64,000 nucleotides of DNA from the human T2T-CHM13v2.0 reference genome, Homo sapiens: the NCBI RefSeq assembly GCF_009914755.1, contig NC_060926.1. One strand, given 5' to 3'. Below, in pieces: positions 19,755 through 33,878 of the stretch (positions are counted from its first letter, which is position 1; each line of letters opens with the position of its first letter). Position numbers and translations under genes: made by a program. The notes under the pieces were generated by a model. The model searched no databases. It worked only from the letters and a program-made list of their open reading frames with translations, and was not told the origin of the DNA.

Positions 19755-20810
19755 TATACTTCATCAAAATTATAATCTTTTGCTTCATGAAAGACCCCAT
19801 TAAGAGGATGAAAAGAAAAGCTATAGACTGGGAAAACATATTCGCAAACCACGTATCTAGACATATCTGGAATTTACATTTTTTTAATTTTCAAAATTTA
19901 ACAGTAAAAAAGAAAAACAAAAAAAAATCCAGTTAGAAAACAGATAAAAGACATGAACAGACATATCACCCAAGAGCATGTTTTACATTGAACATCAAAA
20001 GATGTCCAACATCATTAGTCATCAGGGAAATGCAAATCAAAGCCACAGTAAGCTATCACTACACACCTACAATAATGGCTAAAATAAAAAATAGTGACAA
20101 CATCTAATGCTGGCAAGGATATGGAGAAATTAAATTATTCATGTATTGCTGGTGGGAATGTAAAATGGAACAAACATTCTGGACAATAGTTTGGCAGATT
20201 CTTATAAAACCAAATATGCAATTACTACTGTACAATTATACTCTTGGGCATTTATCCCACAAAAGTGAAAACGCGTGTTGACACAAAAATGGGCACATAC
20301 ATATTTACAGCAATTTTTTTCCTAATAGCCAAAAAAATACCCCACTGCGCTTCAATAAGTGAATGTTTAAATAAACTGTGATACATCAATACCATCATGG
20401 AATATTATTAAGCAATAAAATGGAACAAACTATTGATACATGCAACAGCTTGGATGACTCCAAGGAATTATGCTAAGTGAAAAAAGCCCATTTTCAAAGG
20501 TTACATACAGTATAATTTCATTTACGTAATGGTCTTGAAATAAACAAATTATAGAAATGGAGAAGAGATTGGTAGTTACCAAGTGTTAGGGATAGCAGAA
20601 ATGGCAGAGGGTCATGGGAATGGATGTAGCTATAAAATGGCAAAACAGAATTTTTGTGATGATGGATTGTTCTAGGTCTTGACTGTGGTGGTAGATACAC
20701 ACACCTACACGTATTACCAAAATAGAACAAAGTACACACATACTTACACAAAAATGAGTACAAATGAAATGGGAAATCTGAATACGATCTGTAGGTCATA
20801 CGAAAGTCCA
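19755..20810 (+). mobile_element. L1M (L1MC-like) ORF2 end/3' UTR fragment
   Basis: catcattagtcatcagggaaatgcaaatcaaa, gctggtgggaatgtaaaatgg, gaattatgctaagtgaaaaaagcc. Confidence 0.88.
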
Positions 20811-21053
20811 TTCTTTTTTATTTTTATTTTTTTTGATACAGGGTCTCAAAAAAACTACTTTGTTTTTCTTTTTTTCTGATTACAAAGTTAATCTGTGTTT
20901 ATTGTAGAAAATGTGGGAAATGCTTGAAAGCATAAAGAAGAAAATAAAGGTAACTCTAATCTTGCTGCCTGAGATAATAAACATTTTTAACATTTTAACA
21001 TATTCTGTTTTCTGTGTCTGGGTATATATACATTTTTTTGCTTAACAAAAATG

Positions 21054-21360
21054 GGCCAGGTGTGGTGGCTCACGCCTGTAATCCCAGCGCTTTGGGAGGC
21101 TGACGAGGGCTAAGGCGAGATGATCACTTGAGGCCAGGAGTCTGAGACCAACCTGAGCAGCATAGCAAGACCCTGTCTCTACAAAAATAAAAGATACTAG
21201 CTAGGTGTGGTGGCACACACCTGTAGTCCTAGCTACTTGGGAGGCTGAGGTGGGAGGATTGCCTGAGCCCAGGAGTTCAAGGTTGCAGTGACCTGTTTGC
21301 CATTGCACTCCAACCTGGATGACAGAGCAAGACCTTTCTAAAAAAAAAAAAAAAAAAAAA
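21054..21360 (+). mobile_element. AluJ
   Basis: Full dimer with A tail; aaaaatgg on the flanks. Confidence 0.92.
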
Positions 21361-21789
21361 TGGTGAGGGAAGGGGGCATATTGGAGACACTGTTTTGCAA
21401 CTTGCTTTTTTCAAATTAGTTTTTTGCCCTGAACATTATCTTTTCTTCTTTTTTATACAAGAAGATACTCCTGGGAATGCTGAAGCATCAAACGACTGAA
21501 TTAATGGTGACTGGGGAGTACCAGGTTCTTATTCTTGGGTGACTGGTGGGAAGGCACTGAGGCAAAGGGAGCCCTCGGGAGGTGGTGGAGGTAAGTTTTA
21601 AGCAAGGGGGCACTGTACTGGGTCTGTCTGGAGAGGGTGAGTATGAGAGAGGAAGGGGATGGAAGTGGATGCTAGGATTCTAGGCAGGTGGGAGCAGCTT
21701 CAGGGTACTCTGAGGCTTGTGATCATCCCTCAAGGCCTGGCCAGAATAAGCATGCTTATGCCAGATAGGAAGAGTAAGTAGAATTTTCT

Positions 21790-21920
21790 GAGCACTTACT
21801 AGGTGCCAGGCACTGTGCTCTAGATTTACCATTTTAATCCTTTCAACAACCAAGTTTACATTATTCCATTTTAAGGATGAGAATATGCAAGTTCAAAGAG
21901 GTTAAGAAAAATGTCCACAT
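21790..21920 (-). mobile_element. MIR fragment
   Basis: gagcacttactaggtgccaggcactgtgct...ccattttaaggatgag...gaggttaag. Confidence 0.7.
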
Positions 21921-21922
21921 AG

Positions 21923-22220
21923 GGCCAGGTGTGATGTCTCAGGCCTGTAATCCCAGCACTTTGGGAGGCCAAGGTGGGCAGATCACCTGAGATCAGGAGT
22001 TTGAGATCGGCCTAGCCAACAGGGTGAAACCCCATCTCTACTAAAAATTTAAAAAATTAGCTGGGCGTAGTGGCACGTGCCTGTAATCCCAGCTACTCTG
22101 GAGGCCAAGGCAGAATAATCATTTGAACCCAGGAAGCGGAGGTTGCAGTGAGCCAAGATTGCACCACTGCACTGCAGCCTGGGCGACAGAGAGAGACTCC
22201 ATCTCAAAAAAAAAAAAAGA
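21923..22220 (+). mobile_element. AluS
   Basis: Full dimer; aagaaaaatgtcc duplicated at the flanks. Confidence 0.94.
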
Positions 22221-22231
22221 AAAATGTCCGA

Positions 22232-22816
22232 GTATGGCAGATTGCATTTTCCCAAAAATGGCCACAACAGTATCACTGGTCCCACCTGCTTTCCCCCTTG
22301 CTGTGGGCTTGCTTTTCTGAACGCCGTCATTCCCCTTGCTATGGCATCCATTTCCTCTCACTCAACCTGGGCAAGCCTTTGTGACTTCCTCGAAGACTAG
22401 AATATGGTGGAAATGTCACGGCGTGACTTGCAAGACTGGATTTAAAAAGGCCGAACATGTCTTTCTGTGAAGAACCTGACCGCCATGTTGTGAGGAAGCC
22501 CAGGCTCTGAACAAAGGCCACATGCAGGTATTCTGGCTAATAGCTCCAACTAGGGCCCCAAGCCAGCCCCTGGCATCGATCATCAGACATGTGAGAAAAT
22601 ATGCCTTCAGAAGATTTTAGACTCAGCTGTTGAGGCACCTTCATCCTTCCAGTCTTCCAGCTGAGGCCTCGGATGTTGTAGAACAGAGACAGATTGTCCC
22701 TATTATGTCCTGTCCAAATTCCTGACCCATAGAATCCACGAGAATGAAAAAGGGTTGCTTTATGCCACTAAGTTTTGAGGTAATTTGATACGCAGCAATA
22801 GGTAACCAGTATAACA
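22232..22816 (+). mobile_element. MaLR LTR (MLT1F/G/H-like)
   Basis: caaaaatggccaca...gccatgttgtgaggaagcc...ccaaattcctgacccatagaatc...gcagcaataggtaacc. Confidence 0.8.
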
Positions 22817-22904
22817 GGTGCACACAGACCCAGAATGTGAAGCTCCACCTCCAGCATCTCGGCTGTAGCCACTGGCTTCTCCCATCCCGTCTGTGAAGAC
22901 CACA

Positions 22905-23268
22905 GTGTTAGTTTGCCAGGGCTGCTATAACAAAGTGCCACAGATTAGGTGGCGGAAACAACTGGAATTTATTTTCTCACAGTCTGGGGTGTACAAGTTT
23001 GAGATCAAGATGTTGGTAGGGTGGGTTTCTTCTGAGGCCTTCCTTCTTGGCTTGTCGATGGTGTCTTGTGTCCTTCATGTCGTCTCTCAGTACCTGTGTC
23101 CTAATCTTTTGTATAAGGACATCTGTCCTATTGGATTAGATCCCACCCATATGGTCTCATTTTACCTTAATTGCCTCTCTAAAGGCCCTGTCTCCAAATA
23201 CATTCTGACATACAAGGGATTAGAAATCAATGTATGAGTTTTGGGAGGACACAACTGAGTCCATAGCA
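22905..23268 (-). mobile_element. MaLR LTR (MLT1A-C-like)
   Basis: ttagtttgccagggctgctataacaaagtgccacag...gatcaagatgttgg...ccctgtctccaaatac. Confidence 0.82.
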
Positions 23269-23366
23269 GCTATGCCTAGGGCATTTTGGAGGTCTGAAGG
23301 GGCTGGAGGTCTGGCTCCTCCTATCCCATCTAGCTGGCCTCTGGCTTCATCCGTTACCTTCTAGAG

Positions 23367-23546
23367 CAGGGGTTTTAGACCTTGGCTCCACATTAGAATC
23401 ATCCGGTGAGCTCCAAAAAGAACAGTTATAACCTAGCCCTGCCCCAGATTAATTAAATCAGAATCTCTGAGGCAGGGCCTGGGTATCAGCAGGTTTTAAA
23501 AGTTCCTTCATGATTCTAACATGCAGCCAGGGTTGAGGCCCACAGC
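23367..23546. mobile_element. MER5A-like hAT-Charlie MITE
   Basis: cacattagaatcatc...aatcagaatctctg...gattctaacatgcagccagggttgag; ctag-containing TSD-like flanks. Confidence 0.85.
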
Positions 23547-23711
23547 TCTAGGGGTGAAAGAGGTGACAAGAGCGGCGAGCCAGGGAATGACGGTGCCCCG
23601 TTGTAGCAAGCACACTGCTGCTGTGGCTAGAGGGAGAGAAACCAAAATCAGAAGCATCCTGACACGTTTCACATGCCTCTTCCTTCACAGTATGAAGAGG
23701 TTGGGGCATTA

Positions 23712-24265
<554 letters not shown>

Positions 24266-26454
24266 TTATGGACTTGATTTTATAAAATGCAAAAATCAAC
24301 TGTCAGCTTTATTGTTCAGCCTGGGAACTCACCACCCAGCAGTCAGAAATCACAGGCTCAGAATGGGAAGCCGGGGCAGCACCAGCCCGTCCTTAACCGG
24401 CTTCATCCTTGGCCGCACGCACTCAGCAGACCCCGACTCTGCTCAGATCTTTCCTTCCTTTCCACTCCCAACCCTCCCCATGGGCTGCTTCTGGGGCTAG
24501 ATGCTGCTTGTGAATTGCCACGGGGGATGTTGCCTATTCCCGAAGTCATTTATATTGGTATTACTACAGTAAATTCTTTATGAAATAAAAATCAATAGTC
24601 ACCGACATCCTGAGTAGTGAGGAAAATAATTGTTTATGGCACTCAGCTTAAGCTGTTCTGGTAATCACGTTGAAAAATACAATATTTATTCATTAGATCA
24701 AATTTAATGAGGCCTCCTGGCAGTAATTATAAAAATTACTGTAGCAGTAAATTACTAATGAGTTGTGATGTGCTTCCTACCTGTGAAGAAGGACTGGGGG
24801 TTGAAAAAGCCTGCTACCCAGATGAGGAGGCGAGGGAGGGAGCCCTGCGGCCCGCGCTGCTCTCTCACCCAAGCAGGGAAGGATCAGTGTACCCAGACCA
24901 CAAAAGCAAACAAGAAAAAAAGACTTGAGGACACACAACCAGGGGGATTCCTGCAGCCGTCGGAGCAGGATCAAGATTACAGCATTCTTTTCCCCAAAGG
25001 TGAGCATCGTCTCAGCGACTTGGTGTTGCTGGCGTGCTGGGGTCACAGAGGATCACTCATCTGACGCCTGGGAAGGACAGGGCTTCTTATTAAGGCTGGG
25101 AAATGATTCCAGGCACACGCCGCCCTTCAAGTCTGAGGCCTTGACTCCGACCGCCGAGGTGCAGGTTCTGCTCAGCTCTTTCAAAACCAGCCGCAGAGCA
25201 TGGCGCCTGCTCTAATGCAAGCACAGTTGATGGTTTTTACAAGCTCCTGGGGGTTTCTTCCTGCTCTGAAGGATCAGAACTGGCTAGAATTTTGCTCTTT
25301 TATTTATAGCAGGGAGCTAAGTTTTTTTTTTTTTTTTTTGGACGCAAGTAATTAATTTTGATTGAGGAGCTATATATAAAAAAGCCAGAAAATCTGATCT
25401 GAGGGCAGGCACAGTTTTTAGAGTTAGCAGAGTTAAATGGAAACATTAAATCTTAGGGAAGTATGGCTGGATACGGCATTGTTGTGCAGTTTTCTGGATT
25501 AATATGGATGGTAAATAGCAGCCTTACCACATAGCAGGGCTATGTCAATTCATCACCGGTAGTCTTTGTTCCCTAGACATAGAGCCATGGCCTGCTGATG
25601 AGGGACTAGCTAAACCAGGTTACAGCCTCCCACCCCATGGGCAGCTGGAATCTGGGAACCAGCCGAAACACCCTCTGAAGCCTCAGCATAGCCCTTCCCT
25701 GAAAAGTGTCTCTCAATAGTGGGCAGGCTGTCGTCTGGAGTGACAGCTGTCTATTCAGGTAGTGGCTGCTATTGTCTTCACACTTGTAACACCAAGAGGA
25801 TTTTTGTTTAATTTTAAGAATTCTGACAGCATCTCAGAATGTCGTACTCCAAGTGGGTCCAACCCCTCCTCTCATGGGGAGGGCACAATGACATTAGAGT
25901 GTACATTTTTTTCTTTAAATTGCAGATGCCTTAAAATGAGATTGTCAGGTTTGTTGGCTTGTCAGACTAAAGTATCAAGATTGTCACAGTGTATTATATC
26001 ACTATAATATGATCATTGTACACGAAACTAATGAATAATATTGTACTTAGTGGTGGGATGGAGTCACATTAACATTAAAAACGGTGAGCAGCCTTGCATT
26101 TTACCCAGGAGAATCTGGGAGGGATGACTCTACACTGTGGGGTGTCAGGCCAGAATTTCATCACCCAGGGGAGGTCAGGAAGCCCTCTTTGGACAGAGAG
26201 GTAAGGAGGTGGCCAGCTGAGTGCTGTGTTGGGAACAGCAGAGCAGAAGGGAGGCTGGGGGCTCCTCAGGGAGGCTGATTGAAGTGTTTGCACCCTAATA
26301 GGTGCACAGAAAATGGTTTTTAAAGGAAGGCATAAATGTCAATTGCGAGTTTTCTTCACAATTAGAATCACATGCAGCTAAACTAGAAGCAGTTTGATGA
26401 GGATGCAGTGGAAGCTGCAGTGTCTGCCTTGCTTACGCCCTCATTGACCATTAA

Positions 26455-26985
26455 TTAATTCATTCATTCATGCATTTATTAGATGTCAATAAGCCCTACT
26501 ACGTGCCAGGCACTGTGCCAGGCCCTATGTCCGTGTAGCAGGCCCAGCCTTGCCTTTGTAAGGCAGGAAAGGCAGCATTGCAGACACTGAACAAGGACAT
26601 GTACAAAACAATACCGTGAGTCCCTACGGCATAAGTGCTCTGAAGGAAAGCAGAAGAGGGGAGGCTAACTTATTTTGAGGGAGTGATACTGAAGTGAGAT
26701 CTCAAAGAGTGAGAGGGAGTTAGGATGGGAAAGAGCATTTGAAGCAATGGAAGCAGAGGCTTAGAGCCCCTGTGAACTGAAGGAAGGTCAGAGGGTCTGG
26801 AAGGAAGCAGGAGCACCACAGTCACTATGTGGGGAATGTGGCCGCTGGGGTCAGACAGACCTGAGTTTGAGTTTGGGCCAGTTTACCTCTCTGAGTTGTC
26901 AGGGACTAAATAATATCATCGGTCAAGCCCTCAGCACAGGCCCTGGCCCATAGTAGAAATCCCATACATGAAAACAATCATCATG
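26455..26985. mobile_element. L2 3' end fragment (~26455-26820) followed by a MIR fragment (~26840-26985)
   Basis: attcattcattc...tactacgtgccaggcactgtg; ggggtcagacagacctgagtttgag...tttacctctctgag. Confidence 0.7.
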
Positions 26986-29544
26986 GTTACAGGGAGGCAG
27001 GCTGGGGAGCTTATTGCATGTGGCAGTTTGAAGACACCCAAGTGCTTGTTCTATGGTACATGGGCTTTGGGGGGATACAGCAGGCGAAGGCACAGGTATG
27101 TCAAGGCATGGCACTGCCATGTTACCTGAGTTAGGATGCAGAAGAAAACAGGAGAGTGAGTACTTACATTGACTCAGGATAACAATATCCCACTGTAAAC
27201 ATTCATTTACTTTGTCAGCATCAAGCAATGTGTCTTCCTACTGTAGATTAGATTGCACGTGACAGTTAGAGAAGTGCCTCCGGGGTTTGCTCCATTCACA
27301 AACTGTACAACCATACTCAGAAGCCGGGAATTCAATACAAATTCTTTTTTGAGTGCCTGCAAGGTGGTAAATTTGAAGTCTGTATTTTTTTCAAGGCAGA
27401 CTGCTCTTGTGCCTATTACAGAAAGTCTATTTCCTAAAATGGATAGGATTTACAGGCTTTGTCTTTTCCAAAAGATGCAAGTACATTCCTCTCACTAATG
27501 TTACTGCAAATTGCACTCGTATTTGAAGGAGGAAAGTCTTCCGCAAGAACAGCAACTTAAACATTTGTACTCAGAGCCCTCGCAGAAGTCAAATACTTAG
27601 GTGTTTGGAGTCTGTGGAGTCAGCTCTGCGTGACCCGTGACCTCTATTTCTCCACACTCAAGAGCAGCATGGTAAGATGCAGTTTGGGAGTTTCCTCATC
27701 TCTCCTACCTCAGCAGCATAGCAAAGGCTGGTTGAGATTCATTTTTCATGGGTGGGTTGTGAACATATTGATAAAGGATTAACCTGGGCCTGGTATTCCA
27801 TGAAAACGATTTAGTGAAAACACATATTTTATTCCACTTGTCTTCATCTATCTCTTCCCCTAGTTATTCTGGATGTGAGTCATTGTCATTGGGAGTGGAG
27901 GGTACATCATTGGTATTCCTGCTAGGTATGACACAGCTTTTTCCCACTATACTTCCAGAAGATCACAAGCTCTTATTTTCTGAGAATTTTCATCTGGAGG
28001 CAAAGCATTCACCGGTGGGTTGACTGAGCTTTGTAACCAAAATGGCTGAACAAATGAGATGTGGGAATTCTAAACTGGCTTATCACTTCAAAATGCATAA
28101 GCCAGGGAGTGCTGGGGAGGGGAGAAGAGGGAAGAAGCAGGAAGAGAGCAGACACAGGGTGGAGACTCACCAGTCCTGCCAGGTGGGGCTTTGTCTGGTC
28201 CGGACTGTCTCTGGTACGAGAGGGCACATGCACATTCTCACGCAGCTCCACTCTCCCTGGCCTTCAAGCCTGCTGCCCCCGAGCTCCTTTTACAGTGCCA
28301 GGTCTGAGTGTGGCTGAAAGAGCCATCTGCAGAGCCTGCTCCATGCACATGGTCAGCTCTTTGTGGAAGCTGCTTACTGGGGGGACTTTAGAACTCAGCC
28401 TTTTTGTCCCACGGACCGCATACTTCTGTGGGTTTTTTCCCCCTAAATTGAACCACTCCTGTCCCTAATTGTGTCACTCCTGCTGTCACCTCTAGCCATC
28501 AGAGCCAGTGGCATGGTTCTGATTGTGTTGCAATGTGTCCTTGAAGCATTCTTTTTGTTTGTGTTCAATGGCTCTCCTTCAGCTCACAACACAGTGGTGG
28601 CAATGGTTTCCTAGGGTCACCCATTCTCCTCTGAGGACCAGCCCAGAAAAGCTCAGTCGTAATGAACGGGGCTTCAGACGGATGGACACACACATGGGCT
28701 TGAGAGCCCTCCTGGCTTTGGCCACTCTAACAAGATTTTGTCATTTGTGGCTTTTGCACATTGGAAAAACTTTCATCTCTGAGTTTCTATGGGCTATAAA
28801 TACTTGGTAGGTTAAAAAGGAATCATTCAGAACATGAAATAAACATAACCTGGCACGTACACAGCAACACACCTCAACGGAGCCCTTCAACTTCTAGGCC
28901 AGAGCTGCAGGAATCGGAGCCGGGGCTTCCTTCATCCCGTCTCGCATTCACTTCCCTCCCGGGCTGGGCACTGCTCTGGTTTCTGACCTCTTTTGGTTGG
29001 ATATTTTCCTAATGAGGCAGGAGGATGAGGTCTCCATGTTCCTTACGCCTTTTAACCACAGAGTGAAAACTGTTGATTTTGTTGGCATTGGGGAAAATGT
29101 TTAGAATGTATGGAAAACATGTTATGGATATTATATATCTACCATAAACCAAGAAAAGAGTCTGGCAGAGGGAAATTCTATGTTGATTAGGAAAAGTCAC
29201 CACGATCCTGGTCTTTATGGCTTTATTTTTTTTCTAAACAATTGCTTTATTCTTTTTTTCAGAATATAAAAGAAAGGCTAAGAAAAAGAAAAACCAATCA
29301 TGTCTTTCAAAGATAGCATTCTTAACATCTTGGTCCTGTGCTTTTAAAAAAAAAAAAATTGAGGTAAATGTACATAAAGAAAGATGCATAAATCATAAGT
29401 GAACATCTCAACATTTAAAAAATCCTAAAAATTATGTATACCCATGTCACCACCCCCTAGATCAAAACATTTCGTGTACTCTAGCAAACTCTGTTGTGTC
29501 TGTTCTTAGAAATATCCACTCAGAAGTCTCTCCCCCATGGCTGG

Positions 29545-29886
<342 letters not shown>

Positions 29887-29924
29887 CTAGAGGGAATCAC
29901 CTTCTGATTTCAGGCTTATCCTTT

Positions 29925-30267
29925 TGTCACCGGTTGAGGGTGGCCGGGTTCTTGGCATCTTGAACAAAGAATTGAACAAAACACACAAAGCAAGGAAGGA
30001 ATGAAGAGGTTTACTGAAAATGAAAGTACACTCCACAGTGTGTGGAGTGGACCCAAGCATAGGGGCTCAAGGGCCCCGTTACAGAATTTTGGGGAATTTA
30101 AATACCCTCTAGAGGATTCCATTGGCTACTTGGGGTACACCCTATGTAAATGAGGAGGATGAAGTAAAGTTACAAAGTTGTTTATTGTGGAGAGGATATT
30201 TGCTGTCGTAGCTGAAGGGTGAATCAGCCTTATGTTCCCTGCCTCCAGACCCTGTTTTCATGCCACA
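29925..30267 (-). mobile_element. ERV1 solo LTR, MER61/MER51 group (MER61A-like)
   Basis: TG...CA ends, ~343 bp. Minus strand begins tgtggcatgaaaacagggtctggaggcagggaacataagg; CCAAT and tatttaaa on the minus strand. Confidence 0.8.
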
Positions 30268-33200
30268 TATATATATATATATATAGCTATATATAGTATT
30301 TGCATACATTGTTCTTTCTATATTTAACTTTTATACTTTATTTTATGTATATCACACATTTTAACAAAAATGTATCAAACTACTCATACGGTATTACAAT
30401 CTGATCCTCTCACTTTAAATAAATTTTTATTATATAATATTTATGAAATAAAATTTGGTACAGTATTACTACATAATATAATAAAATGTCACATTTATGT
30501 GATATATAAATATATAAATTATATAATTATCACTTTATATATTATCTTTCTGTCAATAAATATAAAACGAAACCATCACTTTGAATGACTGCATCCTATT
30601 GTTGAGTATGGCATAATTTGTAAACTACTTTCCTGCTAATGAACATTTTAGCATTGTTCCTTTGTGATTATATTTTTAAACTGCCATTAGGGTGACATCT
30701 ATGAATGGATTTATTCCAAAGGCTTTGTAATCCTATTTTACTGTTATTAACTATGAGTATTAATGCTTCTACATTTTATATTGTCCATCTCTTTTTGTTC
30801 CATTTCTTTCCCTAGCATATATTCATCTTGTGGCTCGTGCTAAAGGACAGTGTGTGAATGTGTGTGTGCCTGTGCACACGCATGCACGCATGCATGCCTG
30901 TGTACATACATTCTATGTTGTTATTGTTATTCTAGTGGTCCCAATACAGCCCAGCCTTGGAGCAGGAGATGTAAAGTATGTTTGCATCCACACAGCATGT
31001 CATATAGCTTTAAAAGTCATTAAAGAAATTCTCACCAGATTTCATTTCTAGTTGTTGGAGAATTTCTTCCACAGACCATTCAATTCTTTCAATTTATAGG
31101 GGGAAAAAATATCTCTGGCTCCAGTCCTCTGAGTGAAGTTGTTGTAATGTCACCCCTTCCACTTGAGTGGAAAGCATGCCCATGAATGCACACACGAATT
31201 TCCTTCCACTCTAATCCATGAATATCACTGCCCTTGTTTCCCAGCCCCAGCCCCTAGGGTTTTTGTGTGATACGCCACGCTTTCTATCAGGAGTTAGATT
31301 CTCTGTCACAAAACTCCAGTGCTGTGGGTTGGCACGTTTGCTGAATTTTCAAATCAGGGGTTTATTTTCCTGGTCAGTTATTTAATTTATTTTTTAAAGA
31401 CATCTTTTATTTTCAGTCAAAAAGACAAGTAAAAATAATTCTCAGAGATATGTGTATAAAGTGAAACGGGTTTTTATTAGGATGTTTGTTTACATCGACT
31501 CTACAGAATTCTTTTTAATCTAGAAGCCCCAGGGATTATTATTTCTTTGTCATGGGATCCCTAGATCTTTGTGGGAGGCCTAGAAGCACCAGTTTCTCTT
31601 CCATTTAAACAAATTCTATTCAATTCACTTGCATTGGCAGAGCACACCAAAATCTTAATTTTCTCAGCCATGGAGAGTGAAGTCAGCTTGGGAGCTTTTT
31701 AAATGTGGATTTTGTTCTTTTTTTTCATCCTAACACATGCCCAGAAAAAGAAAATACACCCTCTTCTCTAAAGCAATGAAAGTGCATAAAGTTTTTCTCC
31801 TAAAACCCTTCCTGGCCAGGAGATTATGTGTGAGTGAACCTAAGTATATCTTTCCTATTGGCTTAAAAGAAAAACCCAAGCAAATAAACACTTGTTTTTA
31901 AAAATTCAAATCTAAAAAGTGAAAATAAAATTTTCTCTCTCACAGTCTCATTACCCCAGGGATAGTGATTAATAATTGGCATTTGTATCATGCTTTTGAA
32001 ATAAAAGGTGGGTTGCATTGTCCATAGTGTAATGCAAAAGGCCATTTTCACTCCCTGTTAGACACTTCTCTGTGGCAGAACACAAAGATCCACCTCATTC
32101 TTGAGTAGCAGCCAAGGATTCCATAGTTTGGCTCTCTATAATTTATTAACCATTTTCTATCGGATATCTGGCTTTCTACAGATTTTTCCATTAAAAACCT
32201 AGATATTGAATCTAATTTTGTCTGAGATCCAGTTGTAATTCTAGCCAGAGATCTTACTTAGAGAGATCTTGGAGACAATCATAATTGTTGGTTGATGATG
32301 GCTTTTACCCATTTCTATTCCCAGAAAAGAAGGAAGGCGGCAATCCACAGCCAGTGCATGGCCTGCCTAACATACACAAACGTCCATATAAAACCTCTTT
32401 CCTTTTTGCACCCCAGCCTCTTCCAACCTCTTTCCCTACAGGATCTCCTTCTTCTTTCAGATGGAAAGGAAAAGGTTCCAAGAACAATTTGGGGGCCTGG
32501 ACTTGGCTGATTTACCCAAACTTGTTTGGAGAAATGACTTCATTGTATGTTTCTGGCTCTATATTCCTGGTTTTCTCCTACAGGTTCTCTGGCTTGCTCT
32601 GCATCTGGGAAGTGAGGACTGTTGTCTATAGGAAGATTTCCAGTGGCTGGAAGCTTATGGCTGATGATGTAACTCAGCACCAAGTTCACACCAAATCCAG
32701 CATTCCTAATTCTAACAAGGTGCTCTTGATCCAAACTTAGGGCATTTGAGGCTCTACGTTCTTTCTCCCCTTCCTTTGTCAGCAAAAACAAGAGTAGGTC
32801 AGTAAACTGAAAACAGCACAGAGAGGACAGCTTTCAGACTTGCTTAGTCAAAGAGCAGAGCTGCGTGTGTTGTGTTTGTACTGTCAGCCCACAAAAAAAC
32901 AGAGAAGATTTAGGGAGAAAGGAAGGCTATTTACTGGAACAAAATACACGACAGTTCACATTACATATTTTCTTGATGGACACAAAGTGACACCCATACT
33001 GATTGACTGTCGGCATGTGCCTCTCCACGGAGCCAGGTTCTGTGTGATGGATAAGCCAGTCTCTGGCAAGTGTCAGGAAGATTATCAAAAGAAAGAGCTG
33101 TCTGTAGTTGTTCCCTTTCTGAGGAGATTGACAACTCACCCTAACAAAGGGAAACATTAGTGTGCTATTTGCGTCTCCCAAAGAGACTGTGATAAGATGA

Positions 33201-33878
33201 TGTGATAAATGGTGGGGTGGGGGTGGGAGGGAGGTTGCCATAAAAACACATAAGGTAGCTAAATCGTGAAGTGCAAAGAAAACCTCGGCTCCCACAATTG
33301 ATGAGGCTTGTTTATTTTAAAAAGGTGAGCTCTTCTGAACAACAAAATTGCCTGCAGCATAAGCACTGGTTGGAGAACAGCAGAAGTTCTCCAACCAGTG
33401 TTGCCAACAGCTTCAAGGGAAATCTTAAGTACTCCATGTCCTACCCTTTCCTCTAGTTGCTTTAACACGACCACCGAGAGCATGCGAAAGAAGACACGCC
33501 GTGATGTGGAGCAAACCTTAGGTACATCTTTCTCCTCCATGAAATTCAGAGTGGGCTCTGGGTCTGGCATAGCCCCAAGAACAGGGGTTTGTATATGAAA
33601 TTCACAGAGGGAGTTTATTATGATTCAGAAACAAACAGGGTGAACTTGAGTGTATCCAAATAGGAAATTGTCCGCCAGAGAGGATTTACCCACAACTGCA
33701 GCCACTGTCACCCCTCATTAATTGCAGGGATGGCACCAATTTCCAGTGTTTTCAGGTCATCTTGGCAGGCTTGCTTCCCAAGCTAATATATGTGGAAGTC
33801 GATGTGCGGTGAACAGGTTGGACTTGGAGATGAAAAGTACTTTGACGGATTGCTAAAGTTCACTGGCACCTTCAAGGA

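Noticed and set aside
24843-24854. 12-mer CCCTGCGGCCCG shared with 54571-54582
   Set aside because: 12-bp matches are expected by chance in 64 kb, and the flanks are unrelated.
30850-30910. Alternating purine-pyrimidine tract (possible Z-DNA)
   Set aside because: Interrupted and short; a common degenerate (TG/CA)n.
32285-32740. 151-aa ORF in non-repeat DNA
   Set aside because: Non-ATG start, no recognisable domain or splice structure, and overlapping ORFs in several frames as expected by chance.
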